Shown here piece after piece: positions 25,830 to 36,905 of a stretch of DNA of 64,000 nt. The position numbers were made by a program, and so were the translations under genes. Numbering within the stretch: position 1 is the stretch's first letter; every line of letters starts with the position of its first letter. The notes below the pieces were generated by a model. The model was not told the origin of the DNA and did not search any database. It saw only the letters and a list, made by a program, of their open reading frames with translations. The stretch comes from Mobula birostris (Eukaryota): NCBI RefSeq assembly GCF_030028105.1, contig NC_092377.1, forward strand, positions 16,178,782 to 16,242,781, written 5' to 3'.

Positions 25830-26447
25830 AATCTACAGATGTACTATGGAGAGCATTCTAACTGGTTCCATCTCCGTCTGCTATGGAGGGGCCACTGCTC
25901 AGGACCAGAAAACGCTGCAGAAAGTTGTAAACTCGGCCAACTTTGTCACGGGCATGATCCTCCTCACCACTGAGGACATCTCGATGGTGAGGACCAGCAG
26001 GTACAGGGCAGCTTCTTTCTACAAGCCATTAGACTTTTAGATTCACATGGCTGTACATTGCAACGGAGCCATAACGCAAAGATTTTTACTCCCTCACGTT
26101 GTGGGATGGATGTAAATTCTAAGTTCCAAATTAAATCTTCAAATGACGTTTCCTCAGAAAGGCGGTGTCCGTCATTAAGGACGCCCAGCAGCCAGGACAC
26201 GCCCTCTTCCCAATACGCCCGTCCGGGAGGAGCCACAGGAGCCGGAAGATACACGTGCATTGTTTTAGGAAAAGCTTCTTCCCCTCCACCCTCAGATTGC
26301 TGAACACCACCTCACTACTTTTTGCAATACTTGATTACTTTTAATATATATTTCTTATTGTAATTTATGGCATATTTTGTGTATTGCATTGTACTGCTGC
26401 TGCAAAGCAACAAATTTCATGACATATGTCAATGATAAGAAATCTGA
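25830..26447 (+). mobile_element. Rex1/Babar 3' fragment(s); tail resumes at 27330-27356
   Basis: ESILTGSISVCYGGATAQDQKTLQKVV; 3'UTR gcattgtactgctgctgcaaagcaacaaatttcatgac. Confidence 0.8.
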
Positions 26448-27329
26448 AGTAACACACATCAAAGTTGCTGGTGAACGCAGCAGGCCAGGCAGCATCTCTA
26501 GGAAGAGGTACAGTCGACGTTTCAGGCCGAGACCCTTCGTCAGGACTAACTGAAGGAAGAGTGAGTAAGAGATTTGAAAGTGGGAGGGGGAGTCGGCAGG
26601 GGTGATATACTGCATCCGGCGCTCCCGATGTGGCCTTTTATATATTGGCGAGACCCGACGCAGACCGGGAGACCGCTTTGCTGAACATCTACGCTCTGTC
26701 CGCCAGAGAAAGCAGGATCTCCCAGTGGCCACACATTTTAATTCCACATCCCATTCCCATTCTGATATGTCTATCCACGGCCTCCTCTACTGTAAAGATG
26801 AAGCCACACTCAGGTTGGAGGAACAACACCTTATATTCCGTCTGGGTAGCCTCCAACCTGATGGCATGAACATTGACTTCTCAAACTTCCGCTAATGCCC
26901 CACCTCCCCCTCGTACCCCATCTGTTATTTATTTATATACAGCATTCTTTCTCTCTCTCTCCTTTTTCTCCCTCTGTCCCTCTCACTATACCCCTTGCCC
27001 ATCCTCTGGGTTTTTCCCCCCTCCCCCTTTTCCTTCTCCTTGGGCCTCCTGTCCCATGATCCTCTCATATCCCTTTTGCCAATCACCTGTCCAGCTCTTG
27101 GCTCCATCCCTCCCCCTCCTGTCTTCTCCTATCATTTTGGATCTCCCCCACCCCCTCCAACTTTCAAATCCCTTACTCACTCTTCCTTCAGTTAGTCCTG
27201 ACGAAGGGTCTCGGCCTGAAACGCCGACTGCACCTCTTCCTAGAGATGCTGCCTGGTCTGCTGCGTTCACCAGCAACTTTGATGTGTGTTGCTTGAAATT
27301 CCAGCATCTGCAGATTTCCTCGTGTTTGC
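26448..27329 (+). mobile_element. Young Penelope fragment (GIY-YIG + pLTR) with inverted terminal copy
   Basis: ORF 26602-26895 IYCIRRSRCGLLYIGETRRRPGDRFAEH..RLEEQHLIFRLGSLQPDGMN; arms 26450-26590 and 27150-27292 are near-perfect inverted repeats; TSD gataa(g/t)aaatctga at 26434-26447 and 27330-27343. Confidence 0.92.
26511..26548 (-). ncRNA. Minimal type I hammerhead ribozyme motif in a Penelope pLTR
   Basis: Minus strand uAGUC-CUGACGA-AGGgucucggCCU-GAA-ACGU-C/GACUg: stem I, intact core, stem II, palindromic ACGU stem III and GUC cleavage triplet. Confidence 0.75.
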
Positions 27330-27635
27330 GATAATAAATCTGATTCTGATTCTGATGTACAGTTATTCCAATACTGTTCAACTATTTTCTAGTATCTGTA
27401 ACAGTTTAAATTAATGTTAAAAGTTAACTTAAAAGGTAGATTAGCTTTTAAAAGAATAAGAAATATTCCTTAGAAGCCACTAAGAAAATTTGCCCAGGAC
27501 ATTGTTTCTTAAAATGCCTTATCACTCCCGTGGAAAGCCACAATACTCCTGAAATACTGGTCTCCAAATTAAGATTCATAGAAACCAGCACCTTACAAAA
27601 TAAATACCCTGATTTTCCTTTGGCAGGCTAATGGA

Positions 27636-27832
27636 AAATACTACTGATGATGGGAATCCAAAATAAAAACAGAAGCTGCTGAAAATACTCAGCAGGTCAA
27701 ACAGCATCTAGAGAGCATCTAGCTTCATTGATTCAGGTGATGATCACTCACAGGACAGTCTGATACTTTGAATTTCTTTCTCTCCCCTCAAAAGCTGCCT
27801 GACCTGGTGAGTATTTCCTGCACGTTCTGACT
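27636..27832. mobile_element. Old fold-back Penelope-derived element
   Basis: gctgaaaatactcagcaggtca ... tgacctggtgagtatttcctgca inverted arms. Confidence 0.65.
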
Positions 27833-28015
27833 TTACTTCTTTTATGCCAAGAATGTGTTACTCCTGCCTGTGTATTTAAATGATGTTCAGTTTATATGTA
27901 ATACTGTTGGCACAGTGCACCTTTGTTGCTTGATCACATACAATCCATTCCCACTCCTGGTTCTGGCTGTGGAAGTTTTGGAGAGGGTGTAGAACAGGTT
28001 CACCAGTATATTATA

Positions 28016-28585
28016 AACACAAGAATTCTGCAGATACTGGAAATCCAGAGCAACACACACACACAATGCTGGGGAAACTCAGCAGATCAGGCACCATCTA
28101 TGGAAATGAATAATAAACAGTCAATATTTTGGGCCGAAACATTTCATCAGGACTGGAAAGGAAGGGGGAAGATGCCAGAATAAAAAGATGGGGGGCAGGG
28201 AAGGAGGATAGCTAGAAAGTGATAGGTGATGCCAAGTGGGTGGAAGCTGGAGAGGAAGGAATCTGATAGGAGAGTGGAGTGAGGAGAGTGGACCACAGGA
28301 GAAAGGGAAGGAGGAGGGGACCCGGGGGAGGTGATAGGTGAGAAGAGGTAAGGGGCCAAAGTGGGGAAAAGAAGGAGAGGGAAGGGGGAGGGAATTTTTT
28401 TTCCTGGAAGGAGAAATCGATGTTCATGCCATCGGGACAGAGGCCCCCCAGTTGGAATATAATGTATTCCATATTCCTGGGAATGGGAATCAGAATGAAA
28501 GTGCTTGGCCACCGGGGAGTTCTGCTTTTGGCAAATAGAGCAGAGGTGCTCGACAAAGTGGACCCCGATTTACGACAGATCTCAC
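28016..28585 (-). mobile_element. Penelope 3'/pLTR fragment
   Basis: Minus HFHSDSHS..PDGMNIDFS; pLTR with a degenerate hammerhead at ~28119-28157. Confidence 0.8.
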
Positions 28586-28599
28586 TAATGTAGAGGATT

Positions 28600-28990
28600 G
28601 GGATATTGCCTGGATTGGAGTGTATGGACAGGATGGAAAAACTTGGATTGGTTTCTCTGGAGCAACAGGAGCTGAGGAGCAATCTGGGAGAAATATACAA
28701 AATGAGGAGAGGCGTAGATAGGGTAAAAATGCCAAAAAATCCAAAGGGGACTCATTTGTGATGAGAGGGGAAAATTTAATGGCGAGGTGCAAGGCAAGTT
28801 TTTTTCACAAGTAGCTGTCTAGAGTGTGCTGTGTGGGGGAGGTGGATGTGTCATTTAAAGGCATTTAGACAAACACAAGAACAGGCAGTGAATAGAGGAC
28901 TCAGACCACATACAGGTAGATGTGATTATTTAAAATGACACATGGTCAGTACAACTATGCAGGATCGAATGTCCTGTCCTGGTGAATGTC
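28600..28990 (+). mobile_element. CR1 3' fragment (old)
   Basis: ggttgtttctctggagcaa..ggctgaggagc-like, aggggaaaatttaa, tttaaaggcatttagac. Confidence 0.6.
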
Positions 28991-29839
28991 CTGTTCCACG
29001 TGGTTCTGTTTCTGCAGTTACATTACCTTTACTTTGCAATTCATCATGATCCAAACGTGATCAGCTTTGATCGTCGATGGAAAACCACTGGGAGGTGACA
29101 TAGCCAAGCTCAAGTTGTCAGTCACTGCAAATCCCCTGCCACGGGGCAGTAGGTTACACCAATGGAACAATCTTGGAATCTGTACTCCTGCTGTTCTACT
29201 TGGAAAGGAAAGGTCAAATGGAGTCTACTTTTGTTTGCAGGTAAAGTTTTGGTTTTTGTATCTATTTCTGAACACTGTCGACATTCAACACCCGACTCCA
29301 ACACCTTTCCTCTCCATTAAATGTAGGTGCTGGGTAATGGCTGACTCTCTCACCTCATCATTACTGCATTGTAAACACTTTAACCTACTTCTTATAATGC
29401 TGTTTACACTGTAAATACGTGCTGGTATCCCTGTATTTATACACATTTTATTCCATTCTCTCCTTTCATCTCTAACTTTATTAGCTTTTTTATTTATATA
29501 TAATCTTTATTCATTATTTTTATTGGATGTTGATTTTTGGTGCACGTCGCATCTCTACCAACACTGCAGCAAATTCCTAATAATGTAAATGATAAATAAA
29601 TTTGATCCTCGATCGCACACCTCCTACCTTGCAGAAACTAATTGATCTTTCTGGCATCGGCCATGAATATTGCGTGACAAGTTGTGGCACCAGATTGAAT
29701 CTGAGGATAGCGCATGTTGGGGAACTCTGGGACGTCATGGTAACACGTCTCCTGCTGGAGATGCTGGATCCGGGAAGACAGCAGCCAGCACCTTGTCTGA
29801 TGCCATGTTAGCACCCTCTGCTGGCAGACAGGCTACATT

Positions 29840-30395
29840 GTAGAAAATAAGTCATGCAATTTGGTTTTTTACCGTAGCACCAGTGAAATACATAAAATGT
29901 TACTATAAATTACAATAAGAAATACATATTTTTTAAAAAAGTGCAAAACGTGGGAAATAGTGAGGCTGTGTTCATGGGCTCATAGATGGTTCAGAAAACG
30001 GGTGGTGGAGAGGAAGAAACTGTTGCTAAGATGTTGAGAATGTGTGCTCAATCTCCTGTACTTGCTCTCTAAAGGTAGTGATGAGAAGAGCTCGCGCTCC
30101 GGATGGTGACAGTCCTTAATGATGGATGCCGCTTTCTTGAGGCAACGCCTGTTGAAGAGGTTGTCGGTGGTGGGGAGGCTGGTGCTCAAGACAGAGGTGG
30201 CTCAGTCTGCAGCCCTCGGCAGCTTTTGTGTTCCTGTGTATTGGCGGCTCCGTACCAAAAGGTGATGCAGCCAGTCAGAACGCCAGAATGATCCCCAGTG
30301 TACGTCTGCAGAAATTTTCTAGAGTCTTTGGTGACATCTCCTCAAACTCCGAATGAAATATCGCATAGCTGCTGGCATTCTTTCTTTCTGATTGT
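29840..30395 (-). mobile_element. Rex1/Babar 3' fragment
   Basis: RRCLKKAASIIKDCHHP..LFSSLPL..YRRL..SFF (29980-30189). Confidence 0.8.
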
Positions 30396-30647
30396 GTCTT
30401 TGCTCTTTGTCCTTTACTTGTTCACTCTTGGAACAAATAAAAAAAACAGCCATAACCACCAAGGTTTATGCCTTGTTTTTGACTTACAAAGAATCTTTTG
30501 ATCGTAATATCACTCAATCCAACAGTATTCAGTTCAGGGGCACTTAGGAACGGACGATGAATTCTGAGCTCGCAAGTAATACTCATATGCTTATAAATGT
30601 AAGATTAAAAATTCACCAATACTATTCACACAGGGCATATGTGTTTT

Positions 30648-31000
30648 ATCATCATCATCATTATGTGCCATGTTGTATGACATAGGCAATCGTGGTCTCC
30701 ATGACCATCATTGTTCTTGGCAAATGTTTCTACAGAAGTAGTTTGCCATTGCCTTCTTCTGGACAGTGTCTTCACAAGACAGGTGACCTCAGCCATTATC
30801 AATACTTGTCAGAGATTGTCTGCCTGGCGTCAGTGGTTGCATAACCAGGGCATGATATGCACCAGCTGCTCATACGACCATCCACCACCTGCTCCCGTGG
30901 CTTCCTGTGACCCTGATCGGGGCGGCTAAGCAGGTGCTACACCTTGCCCAAGGGTGACCTGCAGGCTAGCAGAAGGATGGAGTGCCTTACACTGCCTTAG
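30648..31000 (-). mobile_element. RTE-related SINE-like element with (TGA)n tail
   Basis: Minus gaagaaggcaatggcaaactacttc..tgccaagaac..., ends cacataatgatgatgat; shares a motif with the 10144 SINE. Confidence 0.65.
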
Positions 31001-31996
31001 GTGTGTGTATGTGTTTACTTGTACAAAATACTCTTTCTAAGAGCATCCAAAATGATACCAGGATTGACCAAACCGTTCCTCAAACCTCATTCAGTGTTAT
31101 CATTGATAATCCAATCTTCTTCATAACCCATGATTTCCCTCTAATCCCTCTAACCCATCTCGGAATATAGTCAATGACTCGCCATTCATAATTCCCTGAA
31201 ACAGGAAAGTCCAGGAAAAGGCCATTCAGCCCATGATATTTATGCAAACCATGGTGCCAATTTAAACTAATCCCATCTGCCTACACATGGTCTATAACCC
31301 TCCATCCCCTACCTGTTTATATTCCTGTCCAAATACCTCTAAAATGATGCTGTTATATCTATGTCCAACATCTGTCCTGGCAGTGTTTTCCAGGCACTTA
31401 ATACTCTCTGGGCAAAGATCATTAAACTTTCCATCTCTCACCTTAAAGCTGCACCCTCTAGTATTTGAACTTCCCACCCTGGGGAAAAGACCCTATCAAG
31501 ACCTCTCATAATTTTAAATTGATGCCTTTGTGGGCAATTTTGCACACGATTCAAAGATAGGTAGGGGACAGATAAAATTAGGAAGTGGAGAATCTGCAAA
31601 AGGAAATAATCTATGCCTTTATTCCTTGTATCAAAATGCATCACCATACACTTCCCTACTCAATATTCCATCTGCCACTTCTTTGCCGATTCTCCCAATC
31701 TGTCCAAGTCCTTCTGCTTCCTCAACACAACTTGCCCCTCCACCTATCTTCATATCAACCTGTCTATCGTCGTATTATCTAAAACATTTCCCCAACCTTT
31801 TTTAGCCCACTGCCCCCCTAAAGCGCTTTCATACTTGCTAATGCTTCTCTTAGGTACAATATATTTTCCAGCACCCCCATAATGTAGAAACATGTCTACC
31901 ATATGCTAACCTGAGAAAAACTATTCTGCTTTAAATTTTTATTTGTCTTTAAACCTAGCTTACACTGTACCTGTGCACTGTACAGCAGCTTCGATA

Positions 31997-33700
31997 TCAA
32001 TGTGGCTTTTTAGCAAGAGTTGAAATATCTGGTTCAAGTTGTGACAGCAAAAGCCTTAAGTCCCCACAAGTAACAATGTCCAGGGGATTTCTGCTTTTTG
32101 TGAGTATGTGGCTCACTGCATTGAAGCCTCTTTCAACAAGGTAGGAGGATGGAAATGCAATGAAGAGCAGTTTGGCTCTTCTCCAAAGACCAGGAAACTT
32201 TGTGTGACAGTGCAACCACATACCACAAAAACTGACATTTTTGAAAGACATTTTTGAAAAGCAGTTTTGCTTCTTCATCGTTCTGAATTTTGATCATTTC
32301 TTCTTGCAAGCTGTCTTCCTGTTCTTCCACCTTGCAAAGAAGTGGATTAATTACCCAGTCCGGAATTTCAAGATCGTTCAAATCCTTGAATCGATTCTGA
32401 AAATCCTTCTTCACTGTCTGTGAAAGAGAGTACTACACCAAGCATTCTTCTCCCAATGTTTTGCTTATTTATTTCTAATTTTCTGATAAAAGGTGACATT
32501 GTACTTTTTGCCTGGATTAAATTGAAATTCTCACCCTGCAGTTACGTATTTAGAATGTACATTTTATCATACACATTGTCTAAGAATGCCTCATCTCCAC
32601 ATAGAAGTTCAATCTTGTTTCCCAAGCTCTTGTCGACATTGAGCAAAAATTTAACCACAGTGTCAAAAAGATCAAAGAAATGTTTTAAGCAGCAGTGTTT
32701 TGACAGCCAATGCACTTCAGTGTGAAGAAGCAGGCATTCAAACTCTTCATTGTTATATTGGCATAACTGGCAAAATATTCTGCTATTTAATGGAAGAGTT
32801 TTAATTTTATTGATAGCAGAGTCATGCTTGAAAGATGTTGCTGGCTGAAGTTCTTGGCTGTGAGATGTTGACGATGAATTACACAATGGATTGCAAACAG
32901 ACTTGGAAGTTCTTTTTTCATAAATGCCACTAAGCCAGCATGGTGCTCCATCTATTGCACAAGAAAGCATGTTCCTAATTGGAATACTTTTATCTGCAAT
33001 ATATATTTTGAGCTTCTCATAGATAGCTTTTCCATCTATATTTGTTTTTAACTTTTTGCAAAAGAGAATTTCTTCATAAACTTTTCCATTTTTGATAAAC
33101 TGTACATATGCCATTAGCAATGCCTAGTTGTCTCTCACAGTTGACTCATCCAGTTGTATCCCAAAATCTGTTTTTTTGTAGCTCTGTGCATAGTTGATAC
33201 TCAGTTTCTTCACTCATTTCATTAATATGATGAGCTACAGATTTATTACTCAGAGGAATAGATTTTAAAATACTGGTATCCATTTTGAGAACAGTGGTGA
33301 GCACTTCTGATATAGTGAACATTATTAATCTTTCACCAATTGTATGAGATTTTCCACACTTTTCCATCATTTTGGAAATGCTATAAGAAACAATGAGACC
33401 ACTGTCAAGGTCCCTTTTAGCTTTCTTGGCAAATAACTCGAGTGTGCAATGCTTTTCAAATGCTTCTTTCGTCTTCTGGTACTGAGTAATATCATAAGTA
33501 GACTTTTCAGGATATCTTTTATGGAATTGTTCCTGCAATTTTGATGGCTTCATTGGACAGTACAGGATTACAAGTATGATCCGACAAGAACGGAATAAAA
33601 CCATACCAGGTATGTAGCATTGTATTTATGCACTCTCCATAGTTTCAGTTTCTTCGTAGGATTAGAATTCAAGACTTCGCCTCCTTCAGACTCATAGAGA
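31997..33700 (-). pseudogene. Frameshifted hAT transposase
   Basis: Colinear fragments 33568-33774, 33146-33604, 32542-33120, 32133-32414 and 31997-32278 in alternating frames. Confidence 0.88.
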
Positions 33701-34211
33701 TCGCGCCGTATGTATTTAACCATCATTAATGGTGCTAAATTAGAACAAAACATTAACACAAACAACAAATGCATATCAGATGTTGACGACAGCAGTGAGT
33801 TGACATGGATGGAATGATGGTAGCGACATGCAAAGGAATGCTGAGGTAAAGATGAAGACGATCACAACAGTGAAAATTACGTTGACAGGGATTCAGATTA
33901 GAATCTGAATGTTAATCAGGAAACAGCTGTTCTTCAGCAAGCTACCTTTATACTATTCCAGTTAGTGCAATTGACCAACCACGTAAGGTATCATGATCCC
34001 CAAAGATGATAGTATAAAGGTAGCTTGACCACACATATGAAGCCAAGGTTGCTTTGAACACTTCAAGAGGAATCGTCAGGGTTGGCAGGTTCACTGTTTC
34101 ACTGTCTGATTCTGGCCAACATTGTATCATTGCGCAACCTGTCTTCTGTAGATTTGTAGAGAAAGTTGAGAGGGTGTACTTGACTTACCAACTGTTAGAT
34201 TGCATGAACTC

Positions 34212-34704
34212 TACATTGATAGCTAGGAGGGACGTTTTGTTGAAGTGGGACGATACATCAGCTCCCTCTTTGTCACAATGGTTCTCTCAAGTGATGCTAT
34301 GACTTAGTCTGGAGAAAATTAGAAGTCGAACCTTTGAACTTTTACAGTATTTGATTTTGAGAAAAGATGGGGCTCATTTGCTCGTTATTATCACTTGAGC
34401 TAATTGATAGATTTTTTCCACGATCTAATTGTAAACTTTTTGGTATATTTTCTTTTCCTCCTGGCAGTTTGATGTTTATTTTTAGAAGTTTTTTGTATGA
34501 AGCATGGTTCCGGGGTTGTACGCCTAATGGGGTTCCCCCCCCCCACACTTTTTCTGCTTAGTAGGTTTTCTTTTTGTTATCACAAATTTTTTTTCAATCT
34601 TTAAGATAATGTCTTTTTTGAGACATTGTAAGTGTTGTTACTTCAATGTACTCGTGTTATTTCTCTTGTATAATACGACAATAAAAAGATTTGAAAAGAA
34701 AGGA
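34212..34704 (+). mobile_element. 5'-truncated L1 (ORF2 C-terminus + 3'UTR) inserted in the hAT element
   Basis: LIARRDVLLKW..APSLSQW..LSLEKIR; aataaaaagatttgaaaagaaag tail; TSD attgcatgaactc at 34199-34211 and 34705-34717. Confidence 0.88.
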
Positions 34705-35076
34705 ATTGCATGAACTCGTTCCGTGCCGCGAGTCAAGGGGAACTGTTGGGCACACTGGTTGTTAATTTATGTATGTCCAATAATGTCTGTTTGGTTGGTA
34801 AGGTTGGACGAGATTGCCGAGTTTCAGATGCATTGTGACAGCGAGTGCTACCTGCCTGCAGAAATATGGTTCTTCCTGTGTTCCAGTGCCTCATCCTTTT
34901 TGTTGAAAATGCCTGCTCTGCTAACGATCGGTCTGGTCTCTTGCCTCAAGTTAGGGGGCTGCTTACCGACCCACCTCCCCCCCAAAATCTTGAACGCTCC
35001 CCGATGACTTATATTTCCCCTAGCCATGCTCCTCTTGGGGGTGGTACCACCCATTTTGGGAATCACTGGTCTAAAA

Positions 35077-35828
35077 GTTTAGATCATTTTCTAAAAGGGG
35101 AGAAAATTCAAAACCCAGAGGTGCTAGGGGACTTGTGAGTCCTCACGCAGGATTTCTTAAAGGTTAACTTGCAAGTTCAGGCAGACGTAAAGAAGGCAAA
35201 CGCAATATTAGCATTCACTTCAAGAGGTCTAGAATAGAAGAGCAAGGATGCAATGCTAAGGCACTGGTCAGACTGCACTTGGAGTATTGTGAGCAGTTTG
35301 GGGTCCCTTATCTGAGAAAAGATGTGCTGGCATTGTAGAGAGTCCAGAAGTGGTTAATGACAACTATCCCAGGAACGAAAGGGTTAACATCGGACAAGTG
35401 TTTAATGTGTCTCGGCCTGTACTTGCTGGAGTTTAGAAGAATGGGGGTGGATTTCATTGAAACCTATTGAACAGTGAAAGGACTGGACCGAGTGGATGCG
35501 GAGAGGATGTTTCGTATAGTTGGGGGAGCCTAGGACCAGGGGCACAGCCTTAGAATAGAGGGACCTTCATTTAGAACGGAGATGGGAAGGAATTTCTTTA
35601 GCCAGAGGGTGATGAATCTGTGAATTTCATTGCCACAGTGACTGTGGAGGCCAGGTCATTGGGTATTTTTAAAGCAGAGGTTGACAGGTTCTTGATTAGT
35701 CAGTGCGTCAAAGGTTATGGGGAGAAGGCAGGAGAATGGGATTGAGAGGGATAATAAATCAGCCATGACAAAATGGCGGAGCAGACAAATGGCCTAATAC
35801 TGCTCCTATACCTTATGGTTTTATGGCC
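35077..35828 (+). mobile_element. CR1 ORF2 C-terminus plus 3' end
   Basis: GEKIQ..V..DL, KKANAILAF, LEYCEQF; cttatggttttatgg tail. Confidence 0.85.
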
Positions 35829-35829
35829 T

Positions 35830-36645
35830 AATCCTTTCAGCATCCTCATTTATCTCTTCTATACTTTCTCCAAAGTCTCCACATCCTCATTGTAATGCGG
35901 CAACCAGAGCTGCACACAATACTCCTTATGTGGCCAAACCAAAGTTTTATACAGAGTAGTACTTTACAGTACAGAAATAGGACCTTTGGCCCATCTAGTC
36001 TGTGCCAAACTGTTACTCTGCTTGTACCATCCACCTGCACCTGGACCCTCCATTACCCCTCCCATCCATTTACTGATCCAAACATCTCTCAAACGTTGAA
36101 ATTTAACCTGCATCCACCACTTCCAATGGCAGCTCCTTCCACAGTCACACTACCATCTGAGTGAAGAAGTTCCACCTCAGACTCCCCTTAAATATTTCAC
36201 CTTTCAACCTTAACCTATGATCTCTAGCTCTAGGCTCACATAACCTCAGTGGAAAAGCCTGCTTGTATTTACCCTATCTATACCGCTCATAATTTTGTAC
36301 ACTTCTTTTCAAATCACCCCTCATTCTCCTATGCTCCAGAGAAAAAAGTCCTAACTTCTTCAATCTTTCCCTATAACTCAGGTCCTCAAGTCCTGGCAAC
36401 ACCTTTGTCAATTTTCAATGTACTCTTTCAATCTTATTGACATCATTCCTGTTGGTAGGTGACCAGAACTGCGCACAATACTCCAAATTTGGCCTCAATG
36501 AGGTCCCATACAATTTCAAGATAACATCCCAACTCATTTATTCAATACCTGATTTATGAAAGCCGATGTCCAAAAACTCTCTTTCTACTCTATCTACCTG
36601 TGATTTAACTTCCAAGGAATAGTGGAGATGCATTCCTAGATCCAT
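35830..36645 (-). mobile_element. CR1 fragments (nested)
   Basis: accagaactgcgcacaatactcc motif; CR1 3' end at ~35965-36200. Confidence 0.7.
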
Positions 36646-36689
36646 AATCTCTGGATTATTACTTAATTGTTTCTGTTTTCTAAAATTTT

Positions 36690-36905
36690 ATTTGAAGATA
36701 TAGAACAAGACTAGGCCCTTCCATCCTACTGAAACTGCACCTGGTTACTTCCATGTGATCAGTTAACCTACTAACGTGTGCCCGTTGGAATGTGGGAGGA
36801 AACCAGAGCACTCAGAGGAAACCCACACGATCATACAAACTCCTTCTGGGCAGTGGCAGAATTGGACCCAGATCGTTGACATTGGAATAGACTTACACTG
36901 CCGTG
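36690..36905 (-). mobile_element. V-SINE
   Basis: tggaatgtgggaggaaaccagagcac.cagaggaaacccac (V-domain complement) with a tRNA head remnant. Confidence 0.75.

Larger units (their letters stand above)
31785..35068 (-). mobile_element. Full-length dead hAT transposon of Buster/Charlie (ZBED5/ZBED8-like) type
   Basis: TIRs CAGTGATTCCCAA (35068 end) and ca..tttccccaacc (31785, degraded); 8-bp TSD atcTAaaa 31777-31784 / gtcTAaaa 35069-35076; transposase fragments MKPSKL..H, SHTIGERLI, IPLSNKSV, EEILFC, DGAP, LLLHTEVHWLS, FPSSYLVERGF. Confidence 0.92.

Noticed and set aside
30880-30960. HDV-like ribozyme in the (TGA)n-tailed SINE (CACCTGCT/AGCAGGTG pairing)
   Set aside because: P3, the P1.1 GG and the J4/2 catalytic C context could not be assigned.
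31997-33774. Domesticated ZBED/SCAND-type host gene
   Set aside because: Many frameshifts and stops, and it is still bounded by TIRs and a TSD.
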